Notes under the pieces: generated by a model
Told to the model about the DNA's origin: nothing
The model's input: the letters and a program-made list of their open reading frames with translations, nothing else
Databases searched by the model: none
Position numbers and translations under genes: made by a program
Source of the DNA: Octopus sinensis
Taxonomy: Eukaryota
Reading direction: 5' to 3'
DNA length: 64,000 bases
Assembly: GCF_006345805.1 (NCBI RefSeq)
Contig: NC_042998.1
Location: 184,078,001-184,142,000, forward strand
Shown here: piece after piece, positions 11,722-24,670 of the stretch
Numbering within the stretch: the stretch's first letter is position 1
How the letters are laid out: the number at the start of each line of letters is the position of its first letter

Positions 11722-12028
11722 TGCGGAGGCACATGGCCTAGTGCTTAGAGCAGCAGACTCACGGTTGAGGGCTCGCGGGTTCGAATTTCAGACCGGGTGA
11801 TGTGTGTGTTTATGAGCGAAACACCTAAGCTCCACGCAGCTCCGGCAGAAGGTAATGGCAAAACTTCTGCTGATTCTTTCGCCAGAACTTTCTCTCACTC
11901 TTTCCTTCTGCATCTTGCAGCTCACCTGCGACGGGCCGGCGTCCCATCCAGGTGGGGAACCTATACGCCAAGAAACCGGGAAATTGGCCCTTATGAGCCA
12001 GGCATGGCTCGAGAAGGAACAAACAATA
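11722..12028 (+). mobile_element. SINE family D (tRNA-derived head) inserted in Gypsy gag
   Basis: A box tggcctagtgcttag, B box ggttcgaatttc; TSD acaacttg(t/c)atg at 11710-11721 and 12029-12040; second copy at 25290-25593. Confidence 0.9.
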
Positions 12029-14925
12029 ACAACTTGCATGCCCATGACTGTGTACCACATTGCACTTCCCAATCAGTTTCTAAGCAACAAAAAAACATGG
12101 ATGCTAGGGGAATAAGAACAACTACATCCCCTGGCATCTCTGAAGTAAGTAGTTGCTTATCTTATACTTTTGATTCTTCCTTAAAATCTTATTTTCTAGT
12201 CAATACTGATGCTGAATGCAGTATATGGCCTTTGTATTTTTTTTCTCACAAGGCATACAGCAGCCAAAAGCAGTTACTTTGCAAGCTGTAAATCATTTAG
12301 TAATACCCTTTTATGTTGAAAAATCCATGATGTTGGACTTTGGGATTTTTGATATAGCTGATTTTCTATATCCAATATTTATTGTTTGATTTTCTTCATT
12401 ATTTCGGTCTTCTAGTAGATCTAAAATATCAATTGATTCTGTGACTAACTTGTGGATACATAGTATTACTACTATGATTAGTCCTCTTTTTTTTTTGTCC
12501 CTTTTACATCTAACAATTGTAATGCTAAAGTATACTAGCTATCTCAATATGGCTAACCACTAAGGGTGGGTGTTACTGTAGCTTTTAGCCCCAGGAGATC
12601 ATCGTCTCCAGCTGGCTTTAGACACACTTTAGACACACTTATGGTATTTTCAAGGAGGGGTCATCACTCTCTCATAAACCTAAGTGACATGCACGGACTG
12701 CAGTTTCTAGGTATTTGCCTGTCTTCAGCGTACAGCAGTCACCGGTTTACAATGAAAGGGAGACCTGTTTGCAAATACTTATCATTTTTCTAGTAACTTA
12801 CTGTCACTGATTTCGAAATTGTAATGCACTTCTTAGTCAATTTCCAAACATACTCAGTTTATGGAGACAAAAAGCTGTTACATTCAGTAAAATATCATAT
12901 TGTTACGTCTGGTCCTCCCTCAGTTCATCATAGATGCCTTGCTTCAGTCAGACTGAAAATTGCTAAAGAGGAATTTAGACACATGTTGCAGCGCAGTATT
13001 ATCTGACCATTTTCTGGTATTTGGACTTCTCCTCTACATATGGTAATCCTAAAAATGCTTTTCTGGTACCATATGTAGGTGATTGGCATCCCTGTAAGGA
13101 CTACAAAATGTTAAATTCCAAAATGGTGTTGGATATGTATCTTATTTCTCACATTCATGATTTCTTATCTTATGGGTTTTTTTTTCTGAATGCATGAACT
13201 AAATAGAGTTAGTTCGTGCATACAGCCAGATTCTAACAGAGACTAGTGACAGTCATAAGACAGCTATCATCACACCTTATGGACAGTATAAATTTGCTAT
13301 AATACCTTTTGGGCTCAAGAATTCTGTGAATTCCTTCCAAAGATTTGTTGACGAAATAACTAGTGCTTTGAATTTTGTTTTGTTTATATCAATGACTTGT
13401 TGATTATTAGTAATTCAGAATTGGAGCGTAAGCATAATCTAAGTCATTTCTTCACTAGATTAGTACATTACAAAAAGATCATTGACCCTAGTAAATGTCT
13501 TTTTATTGTTTCATCTTTTTCTAGCCATAGCATTGATAGAAATTGTATTCACCCTGTGACAGTTATGTAGTTTCTTTGTTCCACTTCAGTGTGAAAATTA
13601 CATGGATTTCTCAAGAGTTTCATTCCACACTGTGCTGAAATGATAAGCCCTTTAACTGGATTGTTAGTCTAATCAGAAAAGGGAAAGTGGGAACATTCTT
13701 TTAACACTGGAAGAATAACAATAATTCAACTTGATTAAAGTGAAATCCAAGACCACTCTATTACCTCTCTTGATACCAGATGCACATCTTTCTCTACTAA
13801 TGGATGCTTCTGATGTTAGCATTGATGGCATTTTACAATAAATTATTCAGGATTCCTGGTAACTTTTGTTGTTTTTTTTTAAGTATTTGAAATCTGTCAA
13901 AATTAGATATAGCATTTTCAGTCAGGTATTATTAGCAACATATTTATCTAAGAATTTTGATTATTTTCTGAAAGGAAGGAACTTTGTCATAAATACCGAC
14001 CAAAGGCCATTAAGTTTTGCTCTTCAATCTAAATTGCAAAAACATTCTCCAAAGGAAATTAGGCACCTTGATCTTGTATTGCATTTTACTGCTGATATTT
14101 GTGATATCAAAAATGTGAATAATGGCACAGATGATGCTTTATCCTGAGTCCATATGAATTCTTACTCCAGCCAGTGATTCTATTAACTTGCAAAAAATTC
14201 CTATAGACCAAGAATCAACTGAAGAACTATTAGAATTAAAGAACACTTATGATCTTCTTTAGAATTCTGTTTTGTTCTTCTGTCTGCTTCAGTGAAGCAT
14301 ATTTTGTGATATTTCTACTGGTCACGAAATAATCTTTTGTGCCTGTTAAACAGATATTTAGTCATTTCTGCTCTTCAAAATGTATCTCATTTGAGAGTTG
14401 CAGAATCAGAAAAACTTATTTCAGCTTGTTTCATTTGACTAATTATGAAAAGAAGTGTTTATCAATAGGCTAGAAATTGTATGTCAGAAAGCAAAAGTTC
14501 ATTGCTACATTAGAACTTCTCCAAGAACTTTCATTAAGTCAGATGCTCGTTTTTCAACACATGCCGCTCTGGACTATATGTATCTGTTGACTTGTACTGA
14601 TCATTCCTCTAGGTTGTCGAGAGATATTCTAATTAGACATATTCTATCTGCCATAGAAGCAAAAGCATTGCTTTTTCACCAGATTTTGCATTTTGGAAAT
14701 CTGGTGACAATAGCAACCAACAGAGACTGGAAATTTTAATATAGTCTGCTGGATATCAAGATATTATCATGCAGTGAATGGAATAATAGAACATTTCCAC
14801 AGTCAACTTTTCTAAAGCATAAGACAACAGAGATATCTTCCAATTATGCTACTAGATATCAGACCGGCAATTAAAATACACTTTAGTGATATTTCAGTCG
14901 AGCTACTTTATGGCATAACAATAAC

Positions 14926-15370
14926 TTTGATACATTGAAACTCCGACGTCTGGCAGCTGACTTGGCAGACACCCATAAAAGTATTAACCATCTTACCAAC
15001 AATAACTCTGAGCACCTTTTCAAACTCCATCTGTCTAACACCCGTGGACATGTTTACAAAGTCAGAAAACAGCACAGCTCCCATGGCTTTCGGAAACATT
15101 TTGTCATGCTAAGAGTTGCTGAAGCACGGAACAAACTGCTAGCATCAGTTGTTAGTTGTTGGAGCACTGCATCCTTCAAAACTTCCATGCTTCCTGAGAT
15201 TCGCCAACACTACACCTGATTTTCTCCCTTCCATATACACATGCAAACATGTATCTGACTCATACACTGTTCGTTTTCCAGACATTTGTACATTACTGCA
15301 TATACTTTATATGCACTTTTGACAAGTTGTGGTGCACCTGAGCACTGTATACAATAATTTTATTATTATT
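14926..15370 (+). mobile_element. CR1-clade LINE 3' end inserted in Gypsy integrase
   Basis: LRRL..DL..THK...TRGH.YK...RV.EA.NKL motif, (ATT)n tail, TSD ataac 14921-14925/15371-15375; near-identical copy at 35935-36420. Confidence 0.88.
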
Positions 15371-16006
15371 ATAACCCTTCCTGGACAGATGGTAGTTGGA
15401 GATTCCAATATGTGCCACAATCTGCCCAGTTATGTACATCACCTATGGTAGTGTATGTCCAAGTTACCAAAATCACTGCTGAGACAGCAAAGAATTGAGA
15501 CTTACATTACCACATGGTTTTAGTTGCTTGCTATATTAAAGTATATTCTACCAGAGTTGTACTGATGTAGTTGGTGTCTTGTTAGGGTATCTGTGATAAC
15601 TGAAAATATTGTTGAAGATTTTTATGTTTGGCAAGCTGTAAAAACTCAGAAATTCCTCATTGACTGCAAAGTATGTGCCAGTCCAACACATAGCTTGTTC
15701 TTTGTTAGATTAATTGGTTTATGCATTAACAATATTTGTAAAAAGCTTCATGCCTTCTTAACTGAGTAAATATCTCATAGCAAAACCAATCATTACAGAA
15801 CAGAAAATATTTTGTATACAGAGGCTTATGTTGTACAGAGTTAAAATAAAAAAAAAAGAAGCATAGTTGAGTGTGAAAGGAAATTGGTGTTCTCTATGTA
15901 GCTTCTTAACTTGAGGTGCATCCAGAAGATTTGAATCACTTTTCTCTCTGTTGTATTAACGTAGACAATGATTCTGCAATATTTTCTTGCATTAAGGCAA
16001 CAAATA

Positions 16007-16171
16007 GGCGCAGGAGTGGCTGTGTGGTAAGTAGCTTGCTTACCAACCACATGTTTCCGGGTTCAGTCCCACTGCGTGGCATCTTGGGCAAGTGTCTTCT
16101 GCTATAGCCTCGGACCAACCAATGCCTTGTGAGTGGATTTGGTAGACGGAAATTGAAAGAAGCCTGTTGTA

Positions 16172-16226
<55 letters not shown>

Positions 16227-16448
16227 ATATGTTTGTGTGTCTGTGTTTGTCCCCCTAGCATTGCTTGACAACCGATGCTGGTGTGTTTATGTCCCCGTCA
16301 CTTAGCGGTTCGGCAAAAGTGACCGATAGAATAAGTACTGGGCTTACAAAGAATAAGTCCCGGAGTTGATCTGCTCAACTAAAGGCGGTGCTCCAGCATG
16401 GCCGCAGTCAAATGACTGAAACGAGTAAAAGAGTAAAGAGTAAAGAGA
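16007..16448 (+). mobile_element. SINE family B, young full-length copy
   Basis: ggcgcaggagtggctgtgtggtaag (A box), gggttcagtccc (B box), central (TA)n/(TG)n, tail (agtaaaag)n. Confidence 0.92.
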
Positions 16449-17054
16449 TGTGGCAGAATTGTGAGAACACTGGGCATTTTGTCTGTCTTTACTCTCTGAG
16501 TTCAAATTCTGCTGTGGTTGACTTTGCCGTTCATTCTTCCGGAGTCGATAAAACAAGTACCAGTTGAGCAATGTAGCTCATCATCTTCCCCAAAATTGCT
16601 GGCCTTATGCTCAAATTTGAAACCAATATTTCCTTGCATATTTATTCCTTGTTGGCAAAGGAAGAGCAAACAGCATTTTTTTTTATGTATTTGTGATTTG
16701 TTTGCTGCTGTTTTTTGTTGTTTTTTTTTGCTGTTTCATGTAACAATTCCCAAACATTATTAAATTTAGGAACCAGCACTTCTAGCTAAATAGCAACACA
16801 GTGATATGCAGAGAGTTGAGGTTTCCTCAAAGCACTGATGACATTTTTTTTCCCAATTATAAATTCCTTTTGTTAAGAAATGCTTTTTCTTTCCTACATA
16901 TTGGACTTCATTATCTTCCTACATGTTTTATTATCCTCATAATTTGCTGTAAAGAAATAACAATATGCATGGTTAGGGATTTGGTTATAATGAGTTGAAA
17001 TATTGTTCTCTGTTGCAAAATGTCAGCTTTATTTGCTTCAATAATGATAATAAT

Positions 17055-17790
17055 GAACTGGCAGAAATGTTAGCCCACTAAGTGAAATGCTTAGCAGTAT
17101 TTCGTCTGTCTTTACATTCATCATCGTCGTCGTCATCATCGTCGTCGTCATCATCGTCGTTTAACGTCCGTTCTCCATGCTAGCATGGGTTGGACGGTTC
17201 GACCGGGGTTCTGGGAAGCCAGAAGGCTGCACCAGGCTCCAGTCTAATTTGGCAATGTTTCTACAGCTGGATGCCCTTCCTAACGCCAACCACTCCGTGA
17301 GTGTAGTGGGTGCTTTTTACGTGCCACCTGCACAGGTGCCAGGCGGGGCTGGCAACGGCCACGGTCAGATTGGTGTATTTTATGTGCCACCGGCACGGAA
17401 GCCAGTCGAGGCGGTGCTGGCATCGGCCACGAGTCGGATAGTGCTTTTTACGTACCACCAGACCAGGGATCCTGGCTGGTTCAATTCGATTTCGATTTCG
17501 CTTGCCCCAACATGTCTTCACAAGCAAAGGGGGTTGGCAAGGGTGCCTGTCGTACGGTCGCATTGGAGTATTTTACGTGCCACGGCCACGAGTCGGATAG
17601 TGCTTTTTACGTACCACCAGACCAGGGATCCTGGCTGGTTCAATTCGGAGTTCAAATTCCGCCAAGGTTGACTTTGCCTTTTCATCCTTTCGGGGTTGAT
17701 AAATTGAGTACCAGTTGTATACTTGGGTCAATCTAATCAACTGACTCTCTCCCCCAAAATTCTGGGCCTTGTGCCTAGAGTAGAAAAGAA
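17055..17790 (+). mobile_element. SINE family C variant split by an RTE tail insertion (17118-17642, minus)
   Basis: 5' part ends ctttacattc, resumes attcggagttcaaattccgcc at 17643. Confidence 0.82.
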
Positions 17791-17989
17791 TAATAATGGC
17801 AAAATAAGGTAGAGCCATTTTATTGACTGGTTGTGTGAATGTTGATTGAGATATTGAAACTGAAATCCCTATTACAGAAATTACTTTACTAAAAGTCACT
17901 GATTGCATTTGGAATTGTATTATTTCAATCATGCTGAGACACCACTCTGAGGAGTTTCAGTTGCCATTATAGATTGTTAGCTACTACAC

Positions 17990-18150
17990 ATATTTTTTTT
18001 TCTCCTTGTTTTTTCTGTGTCCCTTTCTGTAGAAGAGTGTAGGCTCAAAATGTAAAAGACTTTTTCTATTCCTGAGCGTTATACTAGTACATCTGTTTGT
18101 TTTGTACACCGCCTGTCTTCGTCTTTTGTTTTTTTCGTAAATTCTCCCTA
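17990..18150 (+). mobile_element. Family F short repeat with decayed minimal hammerhead
   Basis: CTTT-CTGTAGA-A-GAG-TGTAGG-CTC-AAAAT-GTA-AAAG at about 18023-18058. Confidence 0.6.
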
Positions 18151-18294
18151 TATATATATATATATATATACACATATCACCGTGATCACCATGACCAACC
18201 AGGCTATCAGATGTTGCTACACATCGCTGATCACAATGCACTTCGCATTGTTTTAGCCTTCAAATGACGCCACCCCGCTGGCTAAGCGAGCAGG

Positions 18295-18361
<67 letters not shown>

Positions 18362-18364
18362 ATA

Positions 18365-19120
18365 TGTACCAGCATTGTGTCCAGCAATGACAGCAGCAAC
18401 AGAACCAGTGATAGGGCCTGCAGTGGTGACAACAGCATTGGTAGTGATAATGACAACAACAGCTGTAACACCACCAGTACAGGGATAGAAATGCAGAAAT
18501 ATGTGGGGTCTTCAGGTGGTTTGTTCAAGCATCATCTTAGCAATCACAGGTCTTCTTTAGGATACCAGAGAGATGCAACATCATATTTCTGGCAAGCTAT
18601 GTATAGCATTTAAAAGATGAGGGTACACCATATATAATTAAATGGTGGCTTCTAGAACAACTGGAATCATATTATAACTAAAACAAATGGTGTAAGCTTT
18701 GTTTTGTTGAAACCTCAAGAATCCTGATAAATGCACTTAACTTAGGGGCCTTTTAAACTTCAAAACAGAGATGTTTAGTCAGTGCCTTCATGAGAGGAAA
18801 TTTGTGTTTGAAACATGGAATTCGCCATTTTCTGACAAGGTAAATGCTGCTATCTTCAGACATCTTTGGCAGGTATATCATAGACAAAAGTGGAACTGAT
18901 ATAAGGGGGATAACTACCTCATCAAAGGTTTTAACAGAAGCGTTTTGTTCCAAAGTTTGTTCATGAAATTAACTGACCATGATGATTTTCCTCTCTCCAG
19001 TTGTAGAGAGGTTATGTGCCTCCAGTCATTTGAGTCTAACATGTCACCTATACAGTTAAGAGCTTTATAGGTGCAAAACCAATGGTGACTCTGACCATCC
19101 ATAACAAGCAACCTTCAAAG
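18365..19120 (+). mobile_element. Penelope-like element 3' fragment (GIY-YIG endonuclease C-half + 3' region)
   Basis: KYVGSSGGLFKHHLSNHRSS...LKDEGTPYIIKWWLLEQ...WCKLCFVE...NFKTEMFSQCLHERKF; homologous to 26565-27390. Confidence 0.8.
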
Positions 19121-19140
19121 ATATATATATATATATATAT

Positions 19141-20603
19141 CATCATCATCATCATCTCGTTTAACGTCCTCTTTCCATGCTAGTATGGGTTGGACGGTTC
19201 AATTGGGGTCTGGGAAGCCCGAAGGCTGCACCAGGCCAGTCAGATCTGGCAGTGTTTCTACAGCTGGATGCCCTTCCTAACGCCAACCACTCCGTGAGTG
19301 TAGTGGGTGCTTTTTATGTGCCACCGACACAGGTGCCAGACGAGGCTGGTGAACGGCGATGCTCGGATGGTGCTTTTTATGTGCCACTGGCACGGAGGCC
19401 AGGCGAGGCTGGCAACAGCCACGATCGGATGGTGTTTGTTACATGCAACCAGCACGGAGGCCAGTCGATGCGGTGCTGGCTACGCCCACATTCAGATGGT
19501 TCTCTTATGTGCCACCGGCACTGGTACCACAACTACAAATTCCATTGATGTTGATCGATTTCGATTTTGATTTGATTTTTTGATTTTCACTTGCCTCAAC
19601 AGGTCTTCACAAGTAGAGTTATGTGTCCCAAGAAGGAAGGTATGCACAGGTGGACTGACTACGTCCCAGGTAGGGGCTATGGGTTATGGCCTCACTTGTC
19701 CTGCTGGTTCTTCTCACGCACAGCATACTTCGAAAGGTCTTGGTCTCTGGTCATTTCCTCGGTGAGACCTAAAGAGTGAAGGTCATGCTTCACCACCTCG
19801 TCCCAGGTTTTCCTGGGTCTACCTCTTCCACAGGTTCCCTCAACCGCTAGGGTGTGGCACTTTTTCACACAAATATCTCCATCCATTCTTACCACGTGTC
19901 CATACCAGTGTAGACGTCTCTCTTGCACCCCACAGCTGATGCTTCTTAGGTTCAACTTTTCTCTCAAGGTACTTACACTCTGTCGGGTATGAACACTGAC
20001 ATTACATATCCATCAGAGCATACTGGCTTCATTTCTTGCAAGCTTACGCATATTCTCAGCAGTCACGGCCCATGTTTCACTGCCATGTAGCATGGCTGTT
20101 CGTACACATGCGTCATACAGTCTGCCTTTTACTCTGAGCGAGAGACCTTTGGTCACCAGCAGAGGTAAGAGACCTCTGAACTTTGCCCTGGCTATTCTTA
20201 CTCTAGCAGTTACACTTTCAGCACACCCGCCCCCACTACTGACTTGATCACCTAGGTAATGGAAACTATCAACTATTTCTAGTTCTTCTCCCTGGAATGT
20301 GGCGGAAGATGGTCTCTGCATATTTTCAGTGTTTATTACACCAGAGCATCTTCCACATACAAAAACTATATTCCTAGTTAGCTTTCCTTTGACATTGCTG
20401 CACCTCTTATGTGTCCATAGCTTACACTTGGTGCATCTTATAGAGTTCCTACCTACGCCTTTTCTATAGATCGAGCAGGGCCATAAACCTGAAGGCTTTT
20501 GTGATTTGTCTACCTTCTTACTTATTAGGACTTTGGTTTTAGCTAGGTTGACTCTAAGGCCCTTCGATTCTAATCCTTGCTTCCACGTCTGAAACTTCTC
20601 CAC
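19141..20603 (-). mobile_element. RTE family A copy, 5'-truncated
   Basis: ORFs 20013-20699 and 19692-19967 carry the finger and C-terminal region; TGA at 20013; full 3'UTR. Confidence 0.93.
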
Positions 20604-20621
20604 ACACAAAATATAAAGATT

Positions 20622-20694
20622 AATCACAAACCCGGTTTCATTGTTACCACTTACGTAATACTTATGTAAATGTCTGCAATTCATCAGTGTGATT
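20622..20694 (-). ncRNA. Type I hammerhead ribozyme, apparently intact
   Basis: AAUCACA-CUGAUGA-AUUG...CAAU-GAAAC-CGG-GU-U-UGUGAUU: 7-bp perfect stem I, complete core, 4-bp closing stem II, minimal stem III. Confidence 0.78.
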
Positions 20695-21139
20695 GTCATA
20701 GCAAAATATGATTTGCAGAACTATACACGAGACATCCGCATGAGATTAAACATGCATATAGTTCTACTGCTTACATTCTGGCATTTGCGGAATTTTCTTG
20801 AGAACAATCTTTTCTTAGTGTTCAGACCATATGGGGTCTACCTCTAGCATAATGGATGTCCACTTAGTGGTCATCCCTCTTATATGTATGTAATATAATT
20901 TTTCTGAATCTTCAGATTTTTCAATATGCTAGACCACTGGTTTTAAATTGAAATATTAATCAAATTAATATTCAATTTTCACCCTTATCATTTAAATTTA
21001 ACAGGCAAAATTCACTGCAGAGAATTATTTTCTGCAGAATTATTTCTGGTATTTTGGTGTGCCAAAATGAAGACTTTTGAAATATATATATATGTATATA
21101 CACACACTCATGTAGATATATATATATACAATGGGATTC

Positions 21140-21402
21140 CTTCAGATTTCATCTTGAATATCACAAAGCTTTTGGCAAAAATTAATGCAGTATCTCTGGT
21201 CAATGCGTTCGGTGAAAATGAATGTGCAATACATGTCTGTACTAAAGACATCACAGTTAGGAACTCTTGTGGACTATTGGCACAAACATTTTCACACATG
21301 TGCAGAAAGGATGGCATCACCTTCCACTCAAGGGATTTTTCTCACTTGGCATTAATTTTGATGGGAAAAAATAAAATCAGATACTTTTTGAATGCACCTC
21401 AT
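21140..21402 (-). mobile_element. mariner 5' end (TIR + start of transposase)
   Basis: Minus strand TATGAGGTGCATTCAAAAAGTATC TIR-like end, then TERIDQRYCINFCQKL, a mariner N-terminal HTH-like motif. Confidence 0.72.
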
Positions 21403-21524
21403 ATGTGGAAGGAGCACACAGACTATCAGACATCCTTTTCATTTGATTCCTCATCAGAATATATATTCATGAATATTGTAGTCATGTTGAATAGATCCAT
21501 ATGTAAGGTTTGTGAGGAGATATA

Positions 21525-21923
21525 CTCTTTTACTCTTTTACTTGTTTCAGTCATTTGACTGCGGCCATGCTGGAGCACCGCCTTTAGTCGAGCAAATTGA
21601 CCCCGGAACTTATACTTTGTAAGCCCAGTACTTATTCTATCGGTCTCTTTTGCCGAACCGCTAAGTGACGGGGATGTAAACACACCAGCATCGGTTGTCA
21701 GGCAATGCTAGGGGGACAAACACAGACACACATACATATATATATATATATACATATATACGACAGGCTTCTTTCAGTTTCCATCTACCAAATCCACTCA
21801 CAAGGCATTGGTCGGCCCGGGGCTATAGCAGAAGACACTTGCCCAAGATTCCACGCAGTGGGACTGAACCCGGAACCATGTGGTTGGTTAGCAAGCTACT
21901 TACCACACAGCCACTCCTGTGCC
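21525..21923 (-). mobile_element. SINE family B, young full-length copy
   Basis: Reverse complement of 16007-16448 with high identity. Confidence 0.92.
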
Positions 21924-23514
21924 TATATAACTCACATTCTCTTGCAATTTTTACTGTTTCATAAAAAATTCTACAGGCTACCCTTTAAATGATAATTTTT
22001 TCAAAATTCTGACTACAATCTGTATTTGATGATATTATACTGTAATTATTAATTTACCATATGAAAACGACTTTTCATGTAAATAAATAATTCAAGTTTG
22101 AAAGAATTAATTGATAAACAAAAAGAAAAAAACGACAGGTGTTCCCAACAGAAATAAAAATCAATAATAAAGCAAAATTATGAACAAACCTTGAAAGAGC
22201 CATTTAATAACAAAGTTGTTAAATTCATTTTCAGTTCAAATTGTTTCAAGAGGTGACAACTACCACCTGGTGTCTAGCAAAATTCTATATTTCTGCAGTA
22301 ATTTTGGCATCTCATGAAAAAGAAGTTTAAACTTAGATTTAAATTTTACAGTTTTATATGCTAAGTGCTCTTTTACGATGTAGTTCCTTCAGTTTAACAC
22401 ATTGTCTCAGATCAGGTCACTTGCTATGTGCACCAATATAAAGAGGTTAATTGGGACAAACAAATTATATTATGTCCTTCCTTACTTGTGTATGCAAAGA
22501 AGATGGATACCAATTTTGGAATTTCACACAAATAAAATTGAGAGATATGGTTACTATTTCAAGCAGGATGATGTATTATCAAAAGTGCTTTTTCATACTG
22601 AGGATGGAGATTTGAACCACTGAAATGGAAAGTGAGGACTGATAATAACAAGTGGCCTGGGGAAGAGTGAGTGATGACTGATAGTGCAGAAAAAATTGAA
22701 GATAGATGTATTGGTTACAAAGAGATCTGATGAAATCTGTTATACATAGACCTTATAATAGTTATGAGTGGTAGAGGGATGAGGATGGTGGTAAGGATTT
22801 TGACTGTGGGTAGGTCCTGTCTTATGTCTCATTATACAAGTTGCATGAATGATGGGAAGATGACTGATAGGGAGATGAGTTGCAGGGAAATGAGTAAGGG
22901 AGATGCTTTTCTCATTGTAGCTATGTTCGTCTCTCTGACTGACATGAGAACATTGACTGCAATGTGCTATTATCGTATACAGAGGAGAGTAATCTCTCTT
23001 GTCTGATATAACAGGAACCACTTATATATTCCTATAGCTAAACTGACTTTGGAAATCTTGTGGTCAGAGGAGACATCATTTATATCATATACATATATAT
23101 ATAAGAGAAAAGAGAGACAGAGATAGATAGATAGAGAGAGAGAGGGAGAGAGTGAGAGAAAGGTGGGGATATATTTATAAACTCAGTTGCTTCTTTTTAG
23201 GTCGATGTGAGGAGTGGGGGAGGACATGTTTCTATAGGAACCAAAATCTAATGATGACTAATTTATTGAGTTGTTATTGATTCTTGTTAGCATAAAATTT
23301 TGGAAGGAAATTTGCTTTTTTCATCATAAACATGGTGACATTTTCCTTGATGCACTGATAACAACATTAATCCCTGCAGATGTGCACATCAGCATGCATC
23401 TGTACTACATGGAATAAACACATTCATATTACCCGATACGTAGATGTGCTGTGGAAGTCTAAAACGTGGGGACGTTTTCCAAAAACATGTTTGGTGCAGT
23501 CATGTATCGATATT

Positions 23515-24010
23515 ACACTGACAGACACACACACACACATGCACATATGTACATACATACATACATACAGACATACATACATACATACATACATACATAC
23601 ATACACACATACATAAACACACACACATACATACATACATACATACATACATACATACATACATACATACATACATACAGACAGACATACAGACATACAT
23701 ACATACACACACACATACATACATACATACAGACAGACAGACTTACATACGTACATACATTCATATATACATACATACATACATACATACATACATACAT
23801 ACACACATACATACATATATACATACATACATACATACATACATACACTCTTACATACATATGTCTATAAATACATACGTCTATAAATACATACATACAT
23901 ACATATTTGCACATATACATACATGTGGACATAGCTACATTGAACTTACCCGCATATATACACACACCATGGATACATATGTTTGTGTGTATATGTATAT
24001 ATACTGTATA
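23515..24010. repeat. (CATA)n/(CA)n compound microsatellite
   Basis: Direct reading. Confidence 0.95.
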
Positions 24011-24189
24011 TTACATATATGTAAAATACATATATTAATGTTCGATTTTTTTATGTCTAGTTAAACATAAAAATAATTAATGTTATACCGAAGCATTACT
24101 CAATACTTTTTAGTAAAGCACCTGTTTATGAAATATTTACAAAATGTAGGGTGACAGTAACATCAAAGTTTCAGTCTATTAATCTTCAA

Positions 24190-24259
24190 TATATATACAT
24201 GAATATATCTATCTGTCTGTCTGCCTACCTGTCAGTCTATCTATCTTTCTATGTGTGTG

Positions 24260-24294
<35 letters not shown>

Positions 24295-24590
24295 GTATCT
24301 ATCTCTCTATCTCTATATTTCTCTGTATATATATACACATGCATATATAAATACATCTTCAATATATATAAATATATCTATCTGTCTGCCTGCCTGCCTG
24401 CCTGCCTGTCTTCCTGCCTGTCTGTCAAGTTGTTTGTCTGCCTGCCTGTCAGTCTATCTATCTTTCTGTGTGTGTGTGTGTGTGCGTGTGTGTGTGAATG
24501 TCTGTCTATCTATGTATCTATCTCTCTATCTCTATATTTCTCTCTCTATATATACACATGCATATATAAATACATACATGTATATATATC

Positions 24591-24628
<38 letters not shown>

Positions 24629-24630
24629 CA
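24190..24630. repeat. Two-copy ~220-bp duplication of a compound microsatellite
   Basis: tctatgtatctatctctctatctctatatttctct...cacatgcatatataaatacat recurs near 24290 and 24510. Confidence 0.75.
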
Positions 24631-24670
24631 AATAAATGAAAGAATGGAGTTGAACAACAAATTAACAAAA

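Larger units (their letters stand above)
10845..15530 (+). mobile_element. Decayed Ty3/Gypsy LTR retrotransposon internal region (gag-PR-RT-RH-IN)
   Basis: gag knuckle YHYRY..DCVPHC; protease FLVNTDAECSIWP; RT KTAIITPYGQY..PFGLKN..FQRF and VYINDLL; RNase H MDASD and TDQRPL; integrase CQKAKVH, YLLTCTD, ELLYG..LPG. PR-RT-RH-IN order is Gypsy. No LTRs recognised. Confidence 0.88.

Noticed and set aside
11722-11795. tRNA gene (also 25520-25593 and 61900-61970)
   Set aside because: tRNA-like heads continue into SINE bodies; imperfect cloverleaf; the 11722 copy has TSDs.
18768-18845. Apparent exon MFSQCLHERKFVFETWNSPFSDK with GTAAAT donor
   Set aside because: It is the Penelope ORF C-terminus, homologous to 26860-26930 on the minus strand.
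21425-21460. Minus-strand CTGATGA...GAAA...GTC
   Set aside because: Neither stem I nor stem II can pair.
21067-21558. 163-aa plus-strand ORF as host gene
   Set aside because: Antisense of a mariner 5' end joined to microsatellite and SINE sequence.
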